From Paraspadella gotoi (lineage: Eukaryota > Animalia > Chaetognatha): a DNA stretch of 64,000 bases. A program made the translations under genes and the position numbers. The notes under the pieces were generated by a model. It searched no databases and was not told the origin of the DNA. It was given only the letters and a program-made list of their open reading frames with translations. Where the stretch lies: contig JBJCIZ010000028.1 in NCBI GenBank assembly GCA_051294375.1, positions 1,901,053 through 1,965,052 of the forward strand, read 5' to 3'. This document shows, in pieces, positions 37,401-47,900 of this stretch (position 1 is the first letter of the stretch; each line of letters begins with the position of its first letter).

Positions 37401-40400
37401 TTGTAAAATAAAAAGAGAGAGGAGAGAGAGAGAGAGAAGAGAGAGAGAGGAAAGAATGTCCTGGACAGAGCTGCAGAGCCGTGAACTCGTTTTTAGAAGA
37501 AGCAGTGACGGAGAAAAAGAGAGAAAGAAGAGAGCGGACATATAGAGTTAAAACGTTTTTGTTTGTAAATCAAAAGACATCAAACAATACCAATTATTTG
37601 ATATGAAACATGAGAATTTTAAAGATCCTTGATGAGTTAGAAGCCATATATGAATAATTCAACTCCCTAATGATATCAGCACTTTCAGAGCCATGATTGC
37701 AAAAAAAGGCGAGTACAGGGAGAGGCTCTAAAACCGAAAAAAAATCTAGACAGGACGGGCTTTGCCCGCTGGCTCGATAATGAGGATATTTGTTTGTCTT
37801 TCGATAAAATGTAAACAAAAACATTGTTATGTAACTGTCTGACTCATTTTAAGAGACATCGATGAATGGAGACAAGAAGCGTGAATATAGAAATTATAAT
37901 TAATCTATCTAATTAATAATTAAATTAATCTATTAATTAATTATATATATCTATAAATTAATTAAATTTAATCATTAAATTAATTAATTATCGTAGGTCA
38001 AGAATTACCGACAAACTTGTTTGCTCAACTTGTTAAAAAAAAATCGACAAGGTAATGTATGCCATCTCTCCCTCTCCCCCTCTCGCCTCCCTCCCCCTAC
38101 TCTGCCCTCGCCTCTATCCCTCTCCCTCTGCCCCTCCCTCTCGCTCTCTCTCCCTCCTCCCTCGCCTCTCTCCCTACTCCCTCTCCCTCTCCACCCTCTT
38201 CTCTTCTTGTCCTCCTCTTCCTCTCCCCTCCGCCTTCCTCCCTCCTCCCTCTTCCTCCTCCCCTCTCCTCCCTGCCCTCCTCTCCCTCCCTCCCTCTCTT
38301 CCTCCTTCCCTCTCTCCCTCCCTCGTCTCCCTCCTTCCCTCTCCGCTCCCCTCGCCCTCTCTCCTCCCTCGCTCTCTCACCCCTCTCCTTCCTACCTCTC
38401 CCTGCCCATCCGCCTCCTCTCTCCCTCCCTCCGCTCCTCCCTCTTCCTCTCCCTCCCTCCTTCCCTCCTCCTCGCCCCGTCTCGTCTCGCTCTTCCTGCT
38501 CCACCCCTCACTGCCCTTCCTCCTCTCCCTCACGCTCTCCCCCTCTCTCTCCTCTCTTTCCTTCCCCTCCTCTCCCTCCTTCCTCCTCTCACCTTCTATT
38601 CACCACCTGACACTCCCAAGCAGAATCTCCTCCCGCGGATGCAATCACGTGAGCTCTGTCTTCTCCAACAACTCGCGTTACCACGATCCAACATCCGGGA
38701 CGCAACTCCCTCGGGCGCGCAATCCTTANNNNNNNNNNNNNNNNNNNNNNNNNTTTTTTAAAAACCTCCTCCCCATTCCAATAGGAAGACGCCTTCAACG
38801 CCAAGCTACGCCTCCCGCTCCCGCCCGGCGTTCGCTTCGTCAACTACCGGCTCAAACTCGGAGTGGCCACTTGTTCTCTCCTCTGCGAAGAAGCTTCTCC
38901 GCTTTCGCCGACAGAGGGCGAACGGGCTGGAGGAGAAGAAGATGAAGAAACAGAAGGACATCGCTGCGAAGATTTGATCGAATGTGACGTTGGAAATCCT
39001 TTGAAGAAATCGGAAAAGATTAATTTGGAATTGAGGCTGGACGCGTCGGAAATGGGGAACGGAACGAGCAAGGGTAAGGTAATTGGGGTAAGGTTAAGCA
39101 AAACAATATTCTGGTGGTTTTTCTCTCTCGATCCAGTTATAAAAATGTTAAATGAGAAAAAAACTTTATTGTATGAAAAAGCAAAATTTTTACTCTTCTT
39201 TGTATGTTACTATGTATTTCTTTAATCTTATCTTTGAGAGCCGAATTGTCTGTGAGAGTCGATAGGTGATTCGGGTTGAGGCTGTGAACTGTGAGGGGCC
39301 GAAGAAGACTGAGGGAAGAGGGAGGGAGGGTGGAAGGGAGGGAGAAGAGGGAGAAGGAGAAGGGAGGGGGAGAGAAGGAAGGAAGAGGGAGAGATGGAGG
39401 GAGGGAGGAAAAGGGAGAAAGAATGACAAGATAAGATTAAGAAATACATAGTAACATACAAAAGAAGAGTAAAAATTTTGGCTTTTTCATACAATAAAGT
39501 TTGTTTCTCATTTAACCATTTTTTTAACTTGGATCGGAGAGAGACCACCAGAATATTGTTTTGCTTAACCTTGACCTATCCAATTACCTTACCCTTGCTC
39601 GTTCCGTTCCTCTTTCGACGCGTCCAGTCCTCAATTCCAAATTAATCTTTTTCCGAGATTTCTTCAAAGGATTTCCAACGTCACATTGCGAATCAATCTC
39701 GCAGCGATGTCCTTCTGTTTCTTCATCTTCTTGCTCCTTCAGCCGCGTTCGCACCTCTGTCGCGAAAAGCGGGAGAAGCTTCTTCGCAGAGGAGAGAACA
39801 AGTGGGCCACTCCGAGTTTGAGCCGGTAGTTGACGAAGCGAACGCCGGGCGGAGCGGAGCGTAGCTTGGCGTGAAGGGGCGTNNNNNNNNNNNNNNNNNN
39901 NNNNNNNCTTCGGCTCGACTTCGTCCCCGCGGCGACCATCTTCCTGGACGGCGTCTCCACGCCGGATCAGCTGCATTTCCGCGGCGGCGGCGGCGGCTGA
40001 GCGGGGGCGGCGGCGGCGGCGACAACGCCTCTTGCGGAAACGAGACGAATCTCGGCGTCAGTCACGCCTACTTCTTTCAGACACGCGGGGCCTTCAAAAG
40101 GTTCTTTTTCTTTAAGGAGAGGAAAGATGGAAATTGAATGGAATGAATGAATGGAATTAATGAATGAATGAATGAATGAATGAATGAATGAATGAATGAT
40201 GAGCGGGGTGAATGGAATGAATGAATGAATGAATGGATTGAATGAATGAATGAATAGAGTGAATGAATGGATTGAATGTATGAATGAATGAATGAGGGAA
40301 GATGGAGTGGAATTGAACTGAATGAATGAATTAATGAATGAATCAATCAATCAATAACGACCAAAGAACGAACAAATGAACAAACAAAAACAATTGAACG

Positions 40401-40735
40401 AACCAGCAAACAAATGAACGCACTAATGAATTAATGGAAGAACATTACCCCAAATATTAATTATTTATTATTTATAATAAAATATTTATCATTTATTTAT
40501 ATTTATTATTTATTTATTATTTATTTATTATTTAAATATTTATTATTCCTTAATAAAAGATATCTCGCGCTCGGTTGTCCATCGATTGGCCGTCGCACGT
40601 CCGTCAATTCGTAGACGAAAAAGTTTATCTCCACGAGCTGCTTCCTTTGAAGATGGCGCCTCGGGTTGACGGCGTCAGAGGGCGTTGTTGGATCGTGGGG
40701 GAGGAGCGTCAAGGTGGGCGGTGTGAGAGAGAAGG

Positions 40736-40773
<38 letters not shown>

Positions 40774-41962
40774 CTAATAGGAGACGACAAGGCAAATTTT
40801 TCAAAAAAATTTTTATATTTATAACACAATTATACTTAAAAATTATAAATAATGGTTGATGTTTGTATATTAATCTTTTTTTTAATTTAAAGATGCTAAT
40901 GTAACAGAGTAACTCAACTTAAGTTGCTCCCTTCTTAGTTCATAACCATAATATATGACTTTTCTTCTTCCAAATTCAAAAAAAAAAAAAATTTATAAAA
41001 TTTATTCTTTCTCTGATTTATCTTATCTTTCTCCTTTTATCCTTATTTCAATTCTTTCTACCTCGTTTTTTGATTCATTCTCTCCTCATTTTTTGATTCA
41101 TAATCTCCTCATTTTTTGATTCATTCTCTCCCCATTTTTTGATTCATTCTCTCCCCATTTTTTGATTCATTCTCTCTCTCTCTCTCTTTCATATTCTCTC
41201 AGGAGCCAAGAAAAAATCTCTGCGCGAAGAAGAGAGACAATCAACTCCCTCGTATTTTAGGTAAAAAAAAAAATCAAACTGAAGTCATTGAAAAACAAGA
41301 AAGGATAATTCCAATGAGTCGCGCCGTTTTTTCCATAAAAAACATTCGGCTATGATCACGTGATGCTACAAGTATGAAACAAATGCACAAGAAGCATTTT
41401 CTAATGTCTTATTTGTTTGCCAAGCATCAGCTAAGATGACTAAGTATCAAATGAATTATATCATATTATATTTTTGATCGTGGGACAGCTTTTTTAAAAA
41501 AATCACATAACTGCATAAGTATGATATATATGCACATTAATGTATGCTTATTTTACCTTACCTTTTTACTAAATATGAACTTAATTAGTAAAGTTTTACC
41601 CGAGTTATAAGACTTTAAAAAAGTAGTGAAACAGATCGGGAAACAAACAGACACACCGATCAACCGACCGACCAAAAAGTGACTTGTTGAGTTGCAACTA
41701 AAAAGTGTAGCAACCCATTGACTCTCTCCCTCTCTTTCTTCTGTCTCTCTCTCTATTCCAAGCTGCACTTTCCCCAGTTCCTACCCTCTCTCCCCCTCCT
41801 CCTCCTCCTCCTCCTCCTCCTCCATTGAGGTCGTCTGTCTCAAGATCCGCTGCTCGATCCGGGACCCGGATGTAATTCCCGGCAACGTCGTCGTCTCTTC
41901 CTCGCTCGTGACCGAAACCGTGGAGAAGTTTTGGCCGGATCTGAATAATCTCACTTTGGTGA

Positions 41963-42001
<39 letters not shown>

Positions 42002-43155
42002 TTATTTTATTTTATTCATTTATTTGGTTGATTGATTGATTGATTGAATGATTGATTTAATTTTATTTTTTATTTGATTGATTGATTGATTTTATTTTAT
42101 TTATTGATTTGATTGCTTGATTGATTTAATTTAAATGGTTTTATTTGATTTGATTTGATTTGATTTAATTTATTTGGTTGATTGTTGATTGATGGATTGA
42201 TTGATTTGATATGATTTGATTGATTGATTGGATTTGATTTATTTGCTTGATTGGTTTATTGATGGATTGATTTGATTTGTTTTGATTTAATTTGATTTTA
42301 TTTATTTGCTTGATTGGTTGATTGATGGATTGATTTGATTTGTTTTGATTTGTTTTGATTTAATTTGATTTTATTTATTTGCTTGATTGGTTGATTGATG
42401 GATTGAGTGATTTGATTTGATTTATTTTGGTTTCATTTAAATTGACTCAAAGGATCGATTCGGTTTGACTTAATTCGCCAAAAATCATTCCAAACCAATT
42501 GTTCTTACGATTTAGGTCTCTCGCGCAACCTTTGTCGCCACATCCCTTCCTTACGACGTCGAACCAACGAAGGAAATTCGAGGATTCGCTCCTGCTGAAA
42601 CATTTGGCCGTTCCATGCCGACAGAGGCGGGCGAGAGGGTGAGAGAGAGAGGGGAGGAGAGAGAGAGAGGAGGGGGAGAGAGAGAGGGAGGGAGAGAAGA
42701 GAGGAAGGGAGAGAGAGATAGAAAGAGAAAGAGGCGGATGGGCAGGGAAGTAGAAAAAAAAGAGAGAGAGAGAGAGGAGAGAGAGAAGAGGAGAGAGAGA
42801 GAGAGAGAGAGAGATGAGATAGTATGCTGGGGGAGAAGAACGGTAAGAAATTCAAACCAAATCAATCAATAAATAATTCCGTCTCTCGCCCTTCCCTCCT
42901 CTCTCTCTCCTCTCTCTCTCTACCCCCTCTCCTCTCTCTCTCTCTCTCACTCCCCCTCCACAGCCTCCCGTCCCCTGGTGGATCTACCTCGTCGCCATTC
43001 TCCTCGGCCTCCTCCTCCTCCTCCTCCTCATCCTCCTCCTCCGCTGCTTCGGTTTCTTCAGGAGGAGGAAGAGGAAGAGGGAAGAGGATGAGGAGGAGGA
43101 GGAAGAGGATGACGGAGGACGAATGACGATGAGGGCGAAGAAGTCGAATGAATGA
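13696..43155 (+). CDS. Integrin alpha chain (no alphaI domain seen), multi-exon, 5' exons not identified. Exons approx 13696-13941, 15659-15890, 16992-17254, 28430-28625, 29570-29740, 30414-30568, 31157-31345, 31508-31661, 31867-32032, 32752-32931, 38785-39073, 39908-40100, 40560-40713, 41203-41260, 41763-41958, 42516-42638, 42964-43155
   Basis: Propeller motifs GAVFRC..QLLGFSL..TCAP, EPIGRC, GSPGAFR-FRGQL, YLGYSVAA, DVNGDG-LTDLLVSSP, RFGAAI..DLNDDGVADLVVGAP and GFGAAL..DVDGNGYPDVTVG. Leg motifs TRPV, DKLSPI, CDVGNP, GVSTPDQL and LSIDWP. C-terminus VPWWIYLVAILLGLLLL..CFGFFRR. Most intron phases match; some exons carry indels. Confidence 0.92.
14160..14805. repeat. Local duplicate of 15407-15825 joined to an inverted copy of 15827-16052, next to a ~600-N gap
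   Basis: Near-identical direct and reverse-complement matches either side of the gap. Probably an assembly artefact. Confidence 0.8.
15905..16175 (+). mobile_element. tRNA-derived SINE family copy
   Basis: A-box-like TGGCTCACTGAG and B-box GGTTCGATCC, ending TTAGCGCCTTAT. Homologous copies at 43270-43548 (+) and 56800-57030 (-). Confidence 0.7.
17553..18243 (-). CDS. C-terminal continuation of LRR-KEN receptor copy 1 (probable tandem ubiquitin-like domains), offset by a 2-nt indel
   Basis: ORF 17553-18380 overlaps the receptor's 3' end. The paralogue reads TTG CAA GAA TAT GCC AAG CTG in one frame; copy 1 has TTG CAA G-- TAC GTT AAA CTA. Beta-grasp-like segments are ...IPVLEGSTVEIAK and WEFSVKSNVGDLKKAF...LEVWHKGQTLKD. 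Confidence 0.7.
18235..21657 (-). CDS. LRR-transmembrane-pseudokinase-KEN ribonuclease receptor, copy 1 (intronless)
   Basis: 1166-aa ORF. The likely start is ATG 21657 (MIIKRYHKWYFACLLLDICLALA signal peptide), with an upstream in-frame ATG at 21735. Many LxxLxLxxNxL repeats, an LRRCT-like NRWDCFNC and a hydrophobic segment at ~19245-19312. Kinase-like HPNIILL..YLH..HLGL..LKVGNF, then KEN motif GYKITKYSDLIRFVRNVIVH..FFMQLFP. Confidence 0.92.
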   Translation of the reverse strand: MIIKRYHKWYFACLLLDICLALATEKCQMTCLHQRNIHRRSRYDTFYCRWVGTEGQKPLAGCVALDNDLMANITTDYDKCPKLKNCFQPHNFTVRSDVSFYGVGIQRMSSDFLTDFPKLQKLIIFNNSISSIGTNAFKKSQLRYVDLNINKISQITTHFQNLTTLNVLDLRQNLLSWLPADAFEGIKKLSSLFLWGNRLKTLDFLPDLVHIQSLNLELDESFEIRLEEFPFFANLKNLQLVCHEPVNLSHLTGSHEKLKRILVKGIASINETFFFNMPNLQGVRLSNGHLKGISERLVSHLFCLETIRMENLGLTFVESGAFRNSRSLRSLSLRQNQLTELNGETFIGLGKLTYLDLSLNHLVKIDSFSHLTKIKMLNLSFNELSQINESAFLNVSDLQYLNLEGNSLSNLKLPLMRSLNILILDNNSFPTLPIGLMKKLTGLEKISILYNPLKRIHGYSFKHAQITDISFGCCSDHSTKASDIPQCFNRSKIYIDETTFKLQTLFSTNREMRQIRMLGCCERLFGGYLYLKTNKFIARWNHKYWGTTIGSLRLKNVGNDALIDLSGNGLRKICFRQFPDLTAKLLDLSNNEILTINSNAFIDSKISIINLSGNRIKTFSLLLNQRISDMFQSISAKNCYIQSFSISSKNDAGSQFLKIDLSYNFLESVGNIKLIGFERYGIINISHNRLKRLPSSATIFNGSLIDTLDISHNELEEMPEKIKNMKHTTFKADNNRWDCFNCSNVNLMEYAKKYMNVFGYDCYGNISRDSIYEECLIEEEYIPYSFLALTLLFALMKLAHSINLIRLKKKYRAYQKVFLKSFQARKKFELKSTLHQKLNHPNIILLHGFGSEINLKRFLTGFLFIETPHCSLREVLIMSKKNQITLNEDDLCWQLINAVYYLHLQSPHVYHLGLCLDSIYLIEKPSGWILKVGNFLNSESVGFRDECYELKDLYDVSILISEMRTTQTIEFDVLVSSLRQGLPASNALECPAFSTLSNRIFKIQQLSQTLNLWSQMSPKEQKKQIGIELLELNSSLVIGGTGAWNVHFSQELLDKFGCHGRGYKITKYSDLIRFVRNVIVHAKEQPNLMLKIFDSTSPTEETFYDFFMQLFPYFYLHSLLIYEKTVNPGTYDQDLYLQVR
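23184..27787 (-). CDS. LRR-TM-pseudokinase-KEN-UBL-like receptor, copy 2 (exon 1 27497-27787, exon 2 ~23184-26934), with several indels and stops (pseudogene or sequencing errors)
   Basis: Collinear homology to copy 1 from the signal peptide (MLLKIVRLWLPLLLSLSLS) to the C-terminal tail. Intact 835-aa core ORF 23893-26400 with GYKINKYADLIRFIRNIISH. Fragments at 26485-26934, 23575-23829 and 23184-23621. Confidence 0.85.
30161..30393. repeat. (AAT)n microsatellite
   Basis: Long near-perfect AAT run in an integrin intron. Confidence 0.95.
33288..33510 (-). repeat. Error-rich inverted copy of the integrin calf-1 exon (38880-39075)
   Basis: Reverse complement aligns with the CEEASP...DLIECDVGNP...NGTSK exon, including its donor, with many indels. 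Confidence 0.7.
33520..34100. repeat. Degenerate tandem repeat with AACCCT motifs
   Basis: Recurring AAAAGGAAATTCTAATAAAATTAACTAC..AACCCTAACCTAG..TTAGAAAAACC..ACTGCTTCAACC units of roughly 100 bp. Confidence 0.6.
39425..39882 (-). repeat. Fold-back inverted copy of 38790-39235
   Basis: Reverse complement of the integrin exon plus its downstream intron. The whole block is bounded by 25-N spacers at ~38729 and ~39883. Confidence 0.8.
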
Positions 43156-43269
43156 ATGGAGTGAATGAAATAATAGAATGAATAAATGAAAGAATGATTG
43201 AATGTAATGAAAGAATGAATGAATGAATGGAATGAATGAATGGAATGAATGAGTGAATGTGTAATGAGA

Positions 43270-43548
43270 CATTGCATAAGTTCACCCCGCCTATAAACAT
43301 GTAACCTTCAGTCATAACAAGGTGGCTCATTGAGTAATACCATCATCTCATGACCATTGGGTACCGAGATCGATCCCCAATGATACCTACCCTTCAGGAA
43401 GCGTGAGGACGGCTGTAAACCGCCTTGGGGGACTTTGGGGGCTTTGGGGGGCTTGGGAAAACCCCCAAGTCCGGGACCCGTTCCATTTCTGTGAGAGGGG
43501 CTTATAGAAGTTACCGATAATGAGTCTTACGCCAGCTAAGCGCCTTAT
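43270..43548 (+). mobile_element. tRNA-derived SINE family copy
   Basis: Collinear with 15905-16175, from CATTGCATAAGTTCACCCCGCCTATAA to GCTAAGCGCCTTAT. Confidence 0.7.
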
Positions 43549-44949
43549 CCACACTCAGAACCGGAAAGTGGCAGCCAAGAGCATGAATGATTGGCGGTGA
43601 TTGTTTGCGGTGGCGCTGCTACGCGGGCGATGCTGATGACGCTACGCGGGCGACACGACGCGGCGTCATCTTTTGTCGGCCATGGCGTGTTAAATTATGT
43701 CACATCTTTTGTTCACTTCCGCAATCTCATTTTATCGCGACCGCGTCGTATTTGGTCAGCGACATTCTCCTACATTCTCCTACATTCTCCTACATTCTCC
43801 TACATTCGCTACGCCCACTTTAGAGACGATCGTTACGCCATCTTTGTATCCTGGCGGCGTCAAAGAGATTCAGATGTTAACGCCCTCTGTCCTATAGTTT
43901 TTTTTTGTTGTGAAAAACAAATGAGCGAATTGCGATGGGAGAATTTTATTTTGAAAACCAACAAAAGACACGAGACGTTTATAAAAAGAGTTTTGATTTA
44001 TACATGTAATTTTCTTTTTAATTAAAATAAAAGTAGATTCGTTGTTAGTGAACAAAACAAATTCTTCGTCTAATGCTGCCATCAAACGCAACGAAAATGA
44101 TTAAAAATTAATATAAAACAAAATTATTAAGTAATTTTTTTCTATTTTGTTTTCATTAGTTCTTTTGCCGTTGGGGCATAGATAAAATGTTTTGTTGATG
44201 TCCATCTAAACTTTTATTTATACCTTAAAGTAAGATTTCATAATTTTTGCTCGGTTTTTGTAACCCTGATGACCTCGATATATATGTGAAATTCCATTTG
44301 GTTGAAGGCCTTTTATTACCCTTTATGTATTTAATATATTTTAGAGTATATGTGCCTTGCATTCGAGAATTAAGTAATGATTTGATTCACTAGCTAGTAT
44401 TGTATGATGATTTATTTATTTTTGTTATTTTTTTAATTCAATGAATCTATCCTCTTTTGTCGACATTGTTTGAACTTATTACAATTTTTGTTCCATTTCA
44501 TTGAGTCATTGTTTTTTAGAACGTAATCTGTTATGTTTAGCAGAATAAATAAAAAGACTTTAATTTTATCAATGTTTAATTCCAAATCTTTTAATTAAAA
44601 AAATTAATTACAATGAGTTTAGAAGAAAAATTAAAGCCATTCATACAAACCAATGTTTTATAAGATATTTTTTGCTGTGTGAATAGGAACATGCAGCATT
44701 AAGCCCAACACCTGAGAGACAGAAAAAAAGAATTAAAACAAGTAGGAAATGTTTTGAAAAATGTATTTTGTTGAAAGAAAAAAGACAAAATGAATTATTA
44801 GCTAATTAACGTCAAATAATAAATTTACTACATGAAAGCATTTGAAAAATACAAGGCAAAATGTTTAATTCAATATACATAGAAAATCTTTACCCTATTA
44901 ACTGTACCCAATTTTGTTTTCTTCAAAGTTCATTTCATAAGAAAAAAAA

Positions 44950-47900
44950 TCATTGAAGAATGTCTGATTCGTAGGAAGTTACTTTTTGATGCATCCTTCC
45001 AATTTCAGCGCAAAATTCCAGCTGCTCTGAATCGGTGATGAAGCTGCGCTGCACCACCCGAGCACGCAGAACTTCAGCGGCCAGATGCATCACCCCTTCT
45101 TCCTCCATCCGCTGCAGCAGGTTGAGGGCGACCAGGAAGAGTCCCGACTTGCGGCAGCCATCGAGGCAATGAACGAGAAGCTTTTCCCGTTTGTTATGAC
45201 GATTTTGAAGCAAACGCATGATCTCTTGAAGTAGCTCATAAAATCCATCTGGATCTGGATGAGCGGCTTCTTCAGGCCAGCATTGGATTTGTAGTTGGGT
45301 CAGGACTAACTCATTCATTGCATAAGTTGTATCTAGTGAACGAACTTTGATGGAGCGCTTAGTCATTACTCCTGGAATTTCCTTCACTGTGAGTAACTTG
45401 TACTGTAAATTATCATCTGGTTCTTCACTAGCCCCAGATAGCCAATAATCTGGAGCATCGCAATTCGTTTTAGAGTGACTGTTGAGCATCACGACTATGC
45501 TCGCCTTCTGTTCGTATATCATTTTCCAAAAGTCATTGACCGTGACTTTCATCGGTGCCTGTGCAACGATGGTGCGGCACTTGGTAAAAAATGTGTCAAC
45601 ATAAGCTGCATTGATGTAGGTATGGCCATGTGGAGGTACAAATGAAAAAATATGTACCAGTGAATTGTCATCAAAAAAGGGACCATTGCTGAAACGATTC
45701 AGAGTGGAATATTCTCTTTTGGATGCAAAGTGGTTTGAATTGGAAATTTATCAGTGATTTTTTTATTATTCTTTGAAAATTTTTTGATAAGGGATTTTTG
45801 TTGAGAATGACCTTCAGAATGAAATTCAGGCAGAAAAGAAGGACAGCAGGCAATGGCCAATGTATTATAGAAGAGTTCACTCTGTCCTGAAATTGTCATC
45901 ATTTTTATTCCAAAATGATTTACATGTTGCATTGCAGCCTCCACATTGACAGTTCCAAGGGCTGTGGATTCATTAAGAAGATTCCAAAGTGCTATGACTG
46001 TTCCAGCTCGATCCGAACGTTTATTACAGTGAATGAGAATCGGCGCGTTTGACTGTGAAGAATTTGAAAATCTACAAACGACTTGAATGAACCCGCCAGA
46101 GCTGTTGGTGTGCATTTAACATCTTTCTCCATCCAGGAGAAAACTGAAACTGGGTTAAACGATACTGTTGTTTTTTCCCACCGACATCCATTTTACGCAC
46201 AATTGTAATCAGAGAATTGCCTTTCCTGTTTTAGATTTATAAAAAAGATTCAAAGTTGATTGAATTTTCAAGAGTTGTTGGCCAGTACTGTTCGCACTTG
46301 TTCTTGCCCTCTTCCATCAGGTCGACAGCATTACAACAATTGCAACTTTATTATGAACAATCATCTCCCAAAATGCGGCAAGACTTGATAGTCGAGGATT
46401 CTGGCAAGCAATGAAGCCATTGGTGCCTTGGCTCTTGCAGAAACCAGGAATGAAACTCGAGCAAAAGAATTGGGCAAATGCTTGATTTTGCCTTTTTTTG
46501 AAAATAATTTTTTTATCATGATCTCGCAAAAAATCCGAGTTGACATAGTTTCTTGAAGTCCAGTAATGTGGCTGATGGAATTTTTTGGTTCCGCCTCTAT
46601 TTCGGCAATTGTTTCATAATCAGCTTCAAATAGATCAGCATCACCGTTGCCTTCATAGACCATGTCAATTAAATCGTCTGCGCTTACATCTTTTGCTGGG
46701 AATTTTGCGTTTGGCTGGGTGCAACATTTTCATAACATGCATCCAGGTCAGCTGATTGACGGTTTTTTCCTAATCTGCGGCGCAGAAAAATAAAAGTAAC
46801 GCGCTTAGTAGAAAGCACCGACAATGAACTGAAAGTGAAATAATTATAGGCCACAATCAGCATTAATTGGGAAATTATTAATTTCAATGCCAGAAGCATT
46901 CGCTTTTCTTTAAATCCTTCCAAATTAGTTTCAATTACATAATGCAGTGAATAACTTTTATTCCAACCAATAAATTTCCTTCACAAATTCCATTGTGACT
47001 CTTCCTTTGAAAATCTCTATTGTTTTTCCGTAGTTATTGATTGATTGAGTTGAAAAAACAGTTATTGGGATATAACCATTGGCGGAGGCGCATTTTTTTT
47101 TGGAATTCCAACGCGATGTATAATAATTTTGTCTCTTTTCCTCTCGAGAGCAACAATGAAAATTGACACAACAGATTCGCTGGCCATTGAACAGGTGTTG
47201 GGACGTGACAAGGTTTATTCGCAAAGCAAACAACGTCATCAAGCATCTTTAAAGTCACGTTTGGTGTTTTAGTTTGACAATTTTTTCCTATAAAATCTTT
47301 TCCGCATCACAGGAATAATCGCCGCAACAGTTGCTACATTTCTTGCTGTGATGACAGGGAGAGGAGTTGCATTCATTGATGTCCACGCAAAACCATTTGT
47401 CTTTGTTTTGGATCTTGCAGACATTATTTTCTTGAAGATTCCAGTTTTTCCATCCATCAACACCGACCCAATCTGCTAATTCTGACTGCACCCAGTTTCT
47501 TCTGCTTACAACGGACATTTTCTGTCCCTTTCCACTCCAAACCTTGTCGCAGTGTATGGAACAAGACTCTTCCGCCTTCACGATTCCTTCAGAGCAGTTG
47601 GATAAAATTCGTTGTTTTATCGAAAGTGCAATTCGCTTGCGCCCGACAATCTTTTCCGTACATTCCGGACTGACAAATTCGTGGACAAACGCCGGAAAAT
47701 ATGTTGCATTTTTCGTTGTCCGAACAGCTACAATTGTGCGTACCTTTCCCGTACGAACCGCTCGCACACGAATTATTGTTCAACTGTTTAACTAAAAGAT
47801 TATCAATGGAAAACCCTTTGCCTTCCATGATTATCTTAAAATTTTTAACATATTTTCTTTTATTTTTATTTTAATCTTAGTTCCAATTGTAAGACTTTGA

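Noticed and set aside
32932-38000. Short ORFs and GC-rich patches in the 33-38 kb segment
   Set aside because: The sequence looks error-rich, interrupts an integrin exon abruptly, and shows no recognisable protein motifs.
33288-39882. Three copies of the calf-1 exon in alternating orientation as a biological hairpin or antisense locus
   Set aside because: Differences are mostly random indels and the fold-back block is bounded by 25-N spacers, consistent with raw fold-back long reads used for gap filling.
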